Of a stretch of DNA of 64,000 bases, positions 18,758 to 26,489 are shown piece by piece (position 1 is the first letter of the stretch; each line of letters opens with the position of its first letter). A program made the position numbers and the translations under genes. Source of the DNA: Candidatus Poseidoniaceae archaeon (GTDB lineage: Archaea > Thermoplasmatota > Poseidoniia > Poseidoniales > Poseidoniaceae); NCBI GenBank assembly GCA_030747695.1, contig JASLKG010000004.1:6534-70533 (forward strand), in the 5' to 3' direction. Below the pieces are notes generated by a model. The model saw only the letters and a program-made list of their open reading frames with translations. It searched no databases and was not told the origin of the DNA.

Positions 18758-19354
18758 CTATAATCTGAACTTTACACCAGCATCAAGTAAAAAATGAATA
18801 ATACTAATACAAGTATGTCCTTGCAACCATTTTTCACCTAAAGAGCGTGGAATTCCTCGCTCTGTTTTAAGCTGTTTGTCATCCCCTAATATAAATCCTA
18901 AATCTATGTCATTAGAACTTGAATTACTTGGTAATATCTCGTTATATAGAATTGGAGCATTTGCTTCAAGACGTACAATTGGGCATGACCACTCTGACAA
19001 ACTATCATCCAGATTACCGCTGCTATCATAGATTCCAGGACTTCTTTCAATCCATCTTCCTCGTGGTGGCAATGGTTCTTTTAGAACGCTTGCAATTTTT
19101 CCTCCAACAGCTCTTTCTTCCGCATGCATTCCCTTCAATTCAGATCCTACAAACTTAATTCTTCTCGATGGCCCAGGTCCACCTTCTAGTATCATTGTAA
19201 ATTCAACATCACTTCTGATTCCGTGACTTGTAAGTAACGAACTCATCAACGCACGTACTAATACGTCCATTCTCCCTGCTGCACCAGCCATATCATTCAA
19301 TGGAAGTTTGCCCTTAGACATAGCACGTGTACCTATAATTACGAATCTTCGCAT
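18758..19354 (-). CDS. trmY: tRNA (pseudouridine54-N1)-methyltransferase TrmY (SPOUT, DUF358)
   Basis: FVIIGTRA..LNDMAGAAGRMDVLVRALMSSLLTSHGIR and the C-terminal FILGDD...ISIIHFLLD are co-linear with my recollection of archaeal TrmY. The ATG at 19354 is preferred to the GTG at 19363. Confidence 0.8.
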   Translation of the reverse strand: MRRFVIIGTRAMSKGKLPLNDMAGAAGRMDVLVRALMSSLLTSHGIRSDVEFTMILEGGPGPSRRIKFVGSELKGMHAEERAVGGKIASVLKEPLPPRGRWIERSPGIYDSSGNLDDSLSEWSCPIVRLEANAPILYNEILPSNSSSNDIDLGFILGDDKQLKTERGIPRSLGEKWLQGHTCISIIHFLLDAGVKFRL

Positions 19355-19359
19355 TAAGT

Positions 19360-20541
19360 TCACCTATTGTTATCGATAACCGAACGAATAGCATCAAGCA
19401 TATTTATTTCTGTTTCCAGTACATAATGGGAACCAAGTGAATCTACCAACCAACCCCTGGGTTTATCCGTTTTACCTAAATCCTCGAGTCTATTTGCTAT
19501 AGTTGCAGTCATTCCTGATTTTTTTATCTGTGCAAAAGCGCGATGCACCAAATCCTTTTGCTTGATACAACTTTCCAATTTGAATCCTATGCGTATTGAG
19601 CCTTTACAAAGGTCCTTCAATTCTGAAATGTGCTTAGTTGATTCACTCAATTTTATCTGTAAGTCGCCTTGTAATGATGCAATCTTACCTTCGACTTGTT
19701 CCGGTACAACGTAATCCAATACTGCAGCACTATGAATCCAGACCTCAATCTTATCATTTGCTAGCGCTTTTAATTCCTTTAGCATTTGATCAGGTTCAGG
19801 ACATTCAATAATTAGTGGTAGCCAGGACGGTGCGGAAACATTAGTGACTCCTACCACGCATGTGACATCCATGCCATAGCGAAATAAGTCATCTGCAATC
19901 GAATATCCTGTAGCGCCTGTTGATGTGTTTTGTATGTGCCTAATATCATCAATTGCACTTCTTGTTGCACCAAGAGTTACGACAACTTGTATTGAGTTAT
20001 CATTAACATGGTTACATAAATGAGCAACAATTTCTTCATGGTTAGGATTCTTTTTCTTTCCTTCGATTTCATCTCCCCATAGGATTTTTACTCCCATATT
20101 CCGGCATTCATTTACGACATCAGTTGTGACAGAATCTAGGGCTAAATCAAGATGCATAGAAGGTACCATCATAATTGGAGCATTTCTTCCATTGGCAGCG
20201 CTTAGAGCCATAAGTAGTGGCCCATTCATCAATCCATGTACAAATGATGCCATGATATTACGTGTAGCTGGTGTTACCAAAACCGCATCATATTCAGAAA
20301 GTGCGGATAAATCACCATCCCAATCGGTAATTACATCACCTTGTGAAGCCCATCTTACAGCTAATGGTGTGATTATTTCTTGTGAAGAAGGCGTCATTAT
20401 TACAGTTATTTTTGCACCATGTCTACGTAGTTCCCTAGCTAGTCTAACAGTATCAACTGCTGCAATGCCACCTGTCACTCCTAAGAGTACATGTTTTCCC
20501 TTTAGGGAAAGCCCTCGTACCTCAACGTCGGTGTCACGCAT
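19360..20541 (-). CDS. coaBC: Bifunctional phosphopantothenoylcysteine decarboxylase / phosphopantothenate-cysteine ligase
   Basis: N-terminal flavoprotein motif LLGVTGGIAAVDTVRLARELRRHGA. The C-terminal CoaB half carries STGATGYSIAD and SAAVLDY. Confidence 0.9.
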   Translation of the reverse strand: MRDTDVEVRGLSLKGKHVLLGVTGGIAAVDTVRLARELRRHGAKITVIMTPSSQEIITPLAVRWASQGDVITDWDGDLSALSEYDAVLVTPATRNIMASFVHGLMNGPLLMALSAANGRNAPIMMVPSMHLDLALDSVTTDVVNECRNMGVKILWGDEIEGKKKNPNHEEIVAHLCNHVNDNSIQVVVTLGATRSAIDDIRHIQNTSTGATGYSIADDLFRYGMDVTCVVGVTNVSAPSWLPLIIECPEPDQMLKELKALANDKIEVWIHSAAVLDYVVPEQVEGKIASLQGDLQIKLSESTKHISELKDLCKGSIRIGFKLESCIKQKDLVHRAFAQIKKSGMTATIANRLEDLGKTDKPRGWLVDSLGSHYVLETEINMLDAIRSVIDNNR

Positions 20542-20608
20542 GATACCCCCACAAATCCCTTCTTCATGACGGCTTCGCCGTTTGTTTCAATTGCTACCTC
20601 CTGTAGGA

Positions 20609-21187
20609 ATGCCTATGGCAGGTGCTGATGAGATGGTTATTGCAGGCTCGCGTCCGCAACATAGAAACCCAATTGATGCCTTACATTCACGTACTAGCAC
20701 AGTGCTTTTGATAGATTGTCTTGTAGTTTTTTTGATATTCAGTTCATTTTCATATGTGATCGCAATAATTCCCACACTAATTTGTTGTTTGATTTGGTTT
20801 AATTACAAACGTAAAGCAGAATGGGCATATTGGTTCGCTCCATTACTACTTTCTGCAATTTCGCTATTTTTCCTATTACTACTATTATTGAACTTATATC
20901 TTGTATTCGCTGATAATTCTGGTAGTTGGTTTATGATAATAATAATGGCTTGGGCGTCATTTTCTACAATTAGATTCATTCGTATACACTTTCATCCAGT
21001 GTATAAATTAGGTTACAGTGGGCAATATGTACAATCCTCAGACGCTAATCTAGAACCGGGTGAAATGCTCGCAACATGTCCTACTTGTTTGGCAGTATTG
21101 GCAATTAATCCACTAATGCTATCGATAGAAGACAAATGCCCTCATTGTGAATCATCATTGGTTATGACCTCTGGAGAGGAGGAATGA
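20609..21187 (+). CDS. Hypothetical 4-TM membrane protein with a C-terminal zinc ribbon
   Basis: Four hydrophobic helices are followed by CPTC..(20)..CPHC. The start is uncertain: TTG 20582 in the track, first ATG at 20609. Confidence 0.5.
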   Translation: MPMAGADEMVIAGSRPQHRNPIDALHSRTSTVLLIDCLVVFLIFSSFSYVIAIIPTLICCLIWFNYKRKAEWAYWFAPLLLSAISLFFLLLLLLNLYLVFADNSGSWFMIIIMAWASFSTIRFIRIHFHPVYKLGYSGQYVQSSDANLEPGEMLATCPTCLAVLAINPLMLSIEDKCPHCESSLVMTSGEEE

Positions 21188-21193
21188 CTAGTA

Positions 21194-22219
21194 TTAACGA
21201 GATGCTAGTGTAAGGTTCTTCCACATGTCCTCTGGTACTTCCATTGCTAACCTTAGTCCGCCCATAGCACCAAGTCTTACTGGGTCATCAACAACATGAA
21301 CATTTACATCACCCATATCTGACAATTTACGCTCAACCATTGCGCCCAATCCTCTTATTCCGGAACCACCGCCTGCCAAAACCATGTTTCGACGGAATTC
21401 ATCATGGAATTCCGGGTTTGATCCTGCAATGAGTAATTTTGCATTCTCTACAATTGGTTCGACAATTGATTCACAGGCTAGCTGCATACAATCAGTAATA
21501 TCTAGAGTCATAGCTTTACCTTCAATCGAAAAATCAACCATGATTGGATCGTCTGGCGTCGATGTTGAAACAAAGGAATGTTCTTCCTTCCAGCGCCTTG
21601 CCATATCTTTTGTTATTTGTGCGCCATTGTACTTACGTTGAATTTCTTCAATGATTTGACCGTCAACATAATCTCCAGCATATCCTGTATGCATTTGATC
21701 ACCGGGTCCAGGAATTGTTCCATATACACGGCATAAATCAGTAGTTCCTGCTCCAATATCGATAACCAAAGTATGCTCAATCATGTCAAGAGCATATGCT
21801 ACAGCGAAAGGCTCAGAAATAATCATTGCAGCATTGACGGAACCTGCAGCAGCATCAAAGATTGAAGTCTTGTCAACGTGACTTGCCTCCGCAGGCGCTC
21901 CTATTACAGCGACAACACGATCATAATCTTCAGGATCTGATAATCCAATCAAGTGAGTAATGAAGTGAGCAATGAATTCTCTATCCTCGGTAGTATCCTT
22001 AATCACACCAAGTTCTAGAGGACGGAATAGATTCAAAGCAAGTCTGTTCTTTAGTGCTTCATTACCAAAAAGGACATCCCTCTTCAAGAAATTCTTAGCT
22101 ATAGGATCCTTTGGTGTACCAATAACGGTAAGCTCTTCTTCTTCATGACTATCACTGGATACCATGACAGATCTGAAAGTTCCTAAGTCTATTCCTATGT
22201 AAAGTACGTCTTTAGCCAT
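21194..22219 (-). CDS. Actin-like ATPase, MamK-like family (MreB/actin/Hsp70 superfamily)
   Basis: Actin-fold motifs: GIDLGTFRS (phosphate 1), VIGAPAEAS, ISEPFAVAYALD, VIDIGAGTTDLC (phosphate 2) and MVLAGGGSGIRGL (adenosine). The segments GTIPGPGDQ, AGDYVD and EEHSFV are co-linear with MamK as I recall it (GTVPGPEDQ, AGNYVD, KEQFSFV). Confidence 0.8.
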   Translation of the reverse strand: MAKDVLYIGIDLGTFRSVMVSSDSHEEEELTVIGTPKDPIAKNFLKRDVLFGNEALKNRLALNLFRPLELGVIKDTTEDREFIAHFITHLIGLSDPEDYDRVVAVIGAPAEASHVDKTSIFDAAAGSVNAAMIISEPFAVAYALDMIEHTLVIDIGAGTTDLCRVYGTIPGPGDQMHTGYAGDYVDGQIIEEIQRKYNGAQITKDMARRWKEEHSFVSTSTPDDPIMVDFSIEGKAMTLDITDCMQLACESIVEPIVENAKLLIAGSNPEFHDEFRRNMVLAGGGSGIRGLGAMVERKLSDMGDVNVHVVDDPVRLGAMGGLRLAMEVPEDMWKNLTLASR

Positions 22220-22313
22220 ATGACTCGCCTATCCGTGCCAGTGTTAAGCACCTTATGAATAATGCCTATAATTCTTGCAAATACTATGCAAATAATAATT
22301 CTATAGAACGGTG

Positions 22314-23315
22314 TTAGCACCACGATTCGCAAGTACTACAGTACCATGCAGCATACTCTGGGTATAAATCTGCCATTTCACCACATCCTGTACATTCCTT
22401 GAGTGCATGATTACCAAATATTTGTTGCACAATTTGAACATGATGTGTATCATCAATTCCTAATTGTTGTCGCATTGCCCACAGCATTTGATCTTCTGAA
22501 GGTGAAATAATTCCATCTTCCAAAACAATTTGTACTACTATTCGGTAATCTTCAAGAATCTTAACATCGCGAGGATCCATTGAAACACCGCCTTTTTCAG
22601 CAACAATGTCAGTTCCACCTGGGTCATCAACAAATATAACCAATGATGCTGCATCGAATTCTGAATTTCTTAATTCTAATAGAATTGTACTCCCCTCAAG
22701 ATTGGCGTAAACTAATTTTGAAAATTTGTTAATGACGTTGGTAATCGACCGTGCAGTATCTTCTGAACTTCTACCTCGTCTCCAACCAGTTTCACTCGCT
22801 TCATCATATGCATAAAATTCTGTACCAAATCCTGGATATTCTAATCGCACTTCTTCGCCTCCGTCGAAGCCATTAGCAACAATAGTAATACTACCTACAG
22901 TTGTATCTACTAAATTATCCTCATCATCAAATGAAATCATCAGAGGTTTTCTTTCTTCAGCTGCAGCATTAAAGTGGCCGCTCATTCCACTCATCCATTT
23001 ATCTTCTAGGCGTGAAAGTGATTTTTGTTGTTCTGAAGATAGTCCTTTTTCAATTCCCAAAATATCACTAAGATGCCCCTGTTCCATTTCTTGTTTGAAT
23101 TCATTAATTAGTTCTTCATCGCGACGGTGATTTTCAGGTGGTTTAAATGATTTTGAAACGTGGTCTGGATCTTTCCATTCATAGGAACATCGTGCACAAA
23201 CAAGGTAACCCTCCATGGTAGAAGGTTGCTTTTCACCACCGCATCGGGGACAATCTCCTTCCTCATTTACACTAAGATTTTCTTGTGCTTCTCGGCGGCC
23301 TTTCCTTATACCCAT
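22314..23315 (-). CDS. Hypothetical protein with N- and C-terminal zinc ribbons and a possible TerB-like helical module
   Basis: N-terminal CPRCGG..CARCSYEW and C-terminal CTGCG..CSTCESWC. The stretch EDGIISPSEDQMLWAMRQQLGIDDTH weakly resembles TerB/DjlA-N repeats. It lies co-directionally upstream of the actin-like gene. Confidence 0.6.
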   Translation of the reverse strand: MGIRKGRREAQENLSVNEEGDCPRCGGEKQPSTMEGYLVCARCSYEWKDPDHVSKSFKPPENHRRDEELINEFKQEMEQGHLSDILGIEKGLSSEQQKSLSRLEDKWMSGMSGHFNAAAEERKPLMISFDDEDNLVDTTVGSITIVANGFDGGEEVRLEYPGFGTEFYAYDEASETGWRRGRSSEDTARSITNVINKFSKLVYANLEGSTILLELRNSEFDAASLVIFVDDPGGTDIVAEKGGVSMDPRDVKILEDYRIVVQIVLEDGIISPSEDQMLWAMRQQLGIDDTHHVQIVQQIFGNHALKECTGCGEMADLYPEYAAWYCSTCESWC

Positions 23316-23353
23316 GTATTAGGTACATATGCAATGTATCATGAAGGTTATCA

Positions 23354-24490
23354 TCAAATTCTTCTGAGAATTGTTGCTATACCCATACCGCCACCTATGC
23401 ACATAGATGCTAATGCATATTCACCATTGACTCGGTTTAATAGCGAAGCCGCCTTGCCAACAATTCTTGCTCCACTAGCTCCGAGTGGGTGCCCAATTGC
23501 AAGTGCTCCACCATCAATGTTAATTCTTGAATCGTCAAAATCTAGGCTTAAATCTTTAGTTACTGCTATTGCCTGTGCACTAAAAGCTTCATTCAATTCG
23601 ATAACATCAATATCATCGAGTGATATGCCTGCTCTTACAAGGGCTTTTTTTGATGCTTTTACTGGACCAATACCCATGATCTCAGGTGGAACACCTACAA
23701 CTGAAGTTGATACAATTTCAGCAAGAGTTCCTAATCCATTTTCGTCGGCATATTGTTCCGAACATAATAGGTTACACGCAGCACCATCAGTTAATGGCGA
23801 GGAAGTTGCAGCAGTAACAGTACCAGTTTCAACAAATGCCGGAGATAATTTTGACATTTTTTCAATTGATGTGTCTCTTATACAACCATCTACCTCAAGT
23901 TTATTTTCACCAACAGTAATACCAACGATTTCATTGTCAAAAAACCCCTTCTTTTGTGCAGAGAGGGCCTTATCGTGACTGTGCAATGCAAATTCTTCTT
24001 GCTCTAATCGGGAGATAGAATATTTGTTAGCAAGGTTTTCGGCAGTAAGTCCCATTGAAATATAAGCATCCGGATAATTCTTTTCAATTTCCGGGTGTAG
24101 ATCACGGTTCCAACCACCGCGCTTTACGAGTGACATTGTTTCAACGCCTGCGCACAAAAATAAATTTCCAGACCCCATGCCTATTGCCCCTGCAGCAGTA
24201 TGTATAACTTGCATAGATGAGCCGCAAAGGCGATTAGTTGTCATTCCAGGTATTGAACTAGGTAGTCCTGAAAGATATGTAGCTATTCTTCCTAGATTGA
24301 GACCCTGTACTCCTTCGGGATAGGCGCATCCAAGTAACAAATCCTCAATATCGTTAGTAATTACATTATTTCTAACTTGGATTTCTTGGATAAGTGCTGA
24401 AACCAAATCTTCCGGTCTTGTTTGGAATAGTTCACCTTTATGGGCACGATGAAAAGGCGTGCGAACATAGTCTGCAATTACCGCTCCCAT
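23354..24490 (-). CDS. Acetyl-CoA C-acetyltransferase (thiolase II)
   Basis: NRLCGSSMQ (active-site Cys), NEAFSAQ, GHPLGASGARI and CIGGGMG. Confidence 0.9.
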   Translation of the reverse strand: MGAVIADYVRTPFHRAHKGELFQTRPEDLVSALIQEIQVRNNVITNDIEDLLLGCAYPEGVQGLNLGRIATYLSGLPSSIPGMTTNRLCGSSMQVIHTAAGAIGMGSGNLFLCAGVETMSLVKRGGWNRDLHPEIEKNYPDAYISMGLTAENLANKYSISRLEQEEFALHSHDKALSAQKKGFFDNEIVGITVGENKLEVDGCIRDTSIEKMSKLSPAFVETGTVTAATSSPLTDGAACNLLCSEQYADENGLGTLAEIVSTSVVGVPPEIMGIGPVKASKKALVRAGISLDDIDVIELNEAFSAQAIAVTKDLSLDFDDSRINIDGGALAIGHPLGASGARIVGKAASLLNRVNGEYALASMCIGGGMGIATILRRI

Positions 24491-24589
24491 GTGCCGGCCA
24501 AAGCGTCTGCTCTCATCATCATTGCCCTAGATAATAACTCTACCAATAGAACGGATTATGAAGGAGTTACATTACGGCGGCTTGATACC

Positions 24590-25270
24590 ATGCTAAGGCA
24601 ATGCAGAACTCACGGCCATTTTAGTGGCCATAACTGCCCAACTTGTAACGCTGAAGGGAAATTCATTATGTCCGACAGAGAAGCAAATTCACTAGGAAGA
24701 ATGCTAGCATTGGTATTACGGCACGCTCCTGAAAAGTTTGAGGTGGAGATGGATATTAATGGCTGGGTTAATTCTCGTGAGTTATCGGAAGCAATCCAAA
24801 AACAAAGGCGACATTACCACTGGCTCAGAGGATGGCATTTTTCTGCAATAGCAAATGCTGATGAAAAGGGAAGATATCAGGTTGAAGGTGACATGATTCG
24901 TGCTACATATGGACATTCAATTGAACTTGAATTGGATTTACCTACTGATGACATACCAGAGGCCTTATACTGGCCCTGTGAACCAGATAATGTTTCAACA
25001 CATCTAGAATTGGGTTTAACAGCAGGAGATAGGAAGCATGTACATTTATCAAGATCTATTGCTAATGCTATGGAAGCAGGCCATGTAAGGATCCATCGTC
25101 CAGCAGTTATTGAAATAGATACTACTAGAGCAGTTGCTGATGGATTCACAATATGGCGAGCAGGAACAACTGTATTCTTGTGTGAGGAAATGCCACCAGA
25201 TTACTTGTATCATGTCGGTGACGACGACCCTGCTATACAAGAAATAGTTTCCATTTGGGAAGAAGAATAA
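24590..25270 (+). CDS. kptA: RNA 2'-phosphotransferase Tpt1/KptA with an N-terminal zinc-knuckle extension
   Basis: LGRMLALVLRHAPEKFEVEMDINGWV, ATYGHS and HVHLS are Tpt1 motifs. The N-terminus reads CRTHGH..CPTCN. The track start 24440 would overlap the thiolase start, so ATG 24590 is preferred. Confidence 0.8.
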   Translation: MLRQCRTHGHFSGHNCPTCNAEGKFIMSDREANSLGRMLALVLRHAPEKFEVEMDINGWVNSRELSEAIQKQRRHYHWLRGWHFSAIANADEKGRYQVEGDMIRATYGHSIELELDLPTDDIPEALYWPCEPDNVSTHLELGLTAGDRKHVHLSRSIANAMEAGHVRIHRPAVIEIDTTRAVADGFTIWRAGTTVFLCEEMPPDYLYHVGDDDPAIQEIVSIWEEE

Positions 25271-25609
25271 TCAATCGAAATATTCACCGCAACTAGAACA
25301 AAAGTCGAGTTCACTTTCAACTGATGCGCCACAACTTGGGCATAAGCCACCTATTTTTGCAATTGCTGAAAGGGTCATTTTAGGAGCTGCTTTTTCTGGC
25401 ATTGTCATTGCTTCTATTATTTTCATAGGCTCCTTACCAATTTTAACCAATTCTCCAAATTTTCTTTGGAACTCGATTGCTTCCAGTAAAGTAGCCTCAA
25501 CTTGCCACATCCTTTTTTGGCGCTCAACTTTATCCGTGATATTTTCACAAGCCTCAAGTTCAGTTTGAAGATGACGAATGAATTCATCGAGGCTAGCGCT
25601 TTCTGACAT
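25271..25609 (-). CDS. Hypothetical helical protein with a C-terminal zinc ribbon
   Basis: A coiled-coil-like body ends in CPSCG..CSSCGEYF. The track start (GTG 25666) leaves only 11 nt to the divergent IPK gene; ATG 25609 leaves 68 nt. Confidence 0.5.
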   Translation of the reverse strand: MSESASLDEFIRHLQTELEACENITDKVERQKRMWQVEATLLEAIEFQRKFGELVKIGKEPMKIIEAMTMPEKAAPKMTLSAIAKIGGLCPSCGASVESELDFCSSCGEYFD

Positions 25610-25677
25610 GCTTAATCGTGTGTATAACTCCCTTGTAAATCCAATGCACACATTAGCACCTTCCACTTGCGGTATAC

Positions 25678-26451
25678 ATGGCGGGAACAGTTGTGATCAA
25701 ATTGGGAGGCGGTTTGATCACACATAAGGATAAATTGTGCACCATCAATAGGGAAATCCTAGATGGAATTACAAGCGTATTGTCTCGGACAGATAAGAAA
25801 TTAATCATCATCCATGGCGCGGGTTCGTTTGGCCATATAAAGTCAAAAAAATATATGCTTCAAAAGGGCAGAGTTCAAGGTCTTGACCAAGATAAAGCAA
25901 TAGCTGAAGTGCGCACGGATATGTTAGAATTGAATAGATTAGTGATGGATAGTCTTTCTTCCCATGGAATAATTGCAGAATCATATCCTCCACATAATTG
26001 GGCAGAGGGAACAGGTCCAGACTTCCGAGGAAATTTACCAATATCCACAGGTGTCACGGTAACATTTGGAGATGTTGTTAAAGATAATGAAAAGGAATTT
26101 GGAATATTGTCAGGAGATGATTTGGTATTACGATATGCATTGGAAACTGATGATGTAGAGCGAGTAATATTTGCAATCGGAGGGGTAGATGGCCTAATGA
26201 AAGTCCCTCCTTCAGAGGCAACACCTGATGACCTGATTGAAGAATTGACTGACGAAATTGAATACCGTTCAGAGCATTATTCAGAAATTGATGTAACTGG
26301 TGGAATTGGTTTGAAAATCGAGAGAGGAGCGAGAATAGCCGAAAAGGGCGTCGAGGTTTTACTTGTTAACGGATACCACTCTGAAAGGGTATTATCTGCT
26401 ATTGAAGGAAAAATGGTTCGTGGAACCAAGATATTACCACGGAACTGTTGA
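25678..26451 (+). CDS. ipk: Isopentenyl phosphate kinase
   Basis: Amino-acid-kinase fold motifs VIKLGGGLITHKD and IIHGAGSFGH. The length of about 257 aa is typical of archaeal IPK. Confidence 0.85.
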   Translation: MAGTVVIKLGGGLITHKDKLCTINREILDGITSVLSRTDKKLIIIHGAGSFGHIKSKKYMLQKGRVQGLDQDKAIAEVRTDMLELNRLVMDSLSSHGIIAESYPPHNWAEGTGPDFRGNLPISTGVTVTFGDVVKDNEKEFGILSGDDLVLRYALETDDVERVIFAIGGVDGLMKVPPSEATPDDLIEELTDEIEYRSEHYSEIDVTGGIGLKIERGARIAEKGVEVLLVNGYHSERVLSAIEGKMVRGTKILPRNC

Positions 26452-26489
26452 TGTAGTGTACGCGGAACCCAAGGTGTGAGGAGAGCTAG

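Noticed and set aside
23160-23978. Long + strand ORF (272 aa) antisense to the thiolase gene. Similar long antisense ORFs occur at 20126..20569, 3957..4565, 528..980, 1320..1739, 38322..38888, 39209..39586 and 59461..60126.
   Set aside because: Each lies fully inside a gene with strong family motifs on the other strand. Their translations are Ser/Pro/Cys/Ile-rich low-complexity strings without motifs, which is typical of shadow ORFs.
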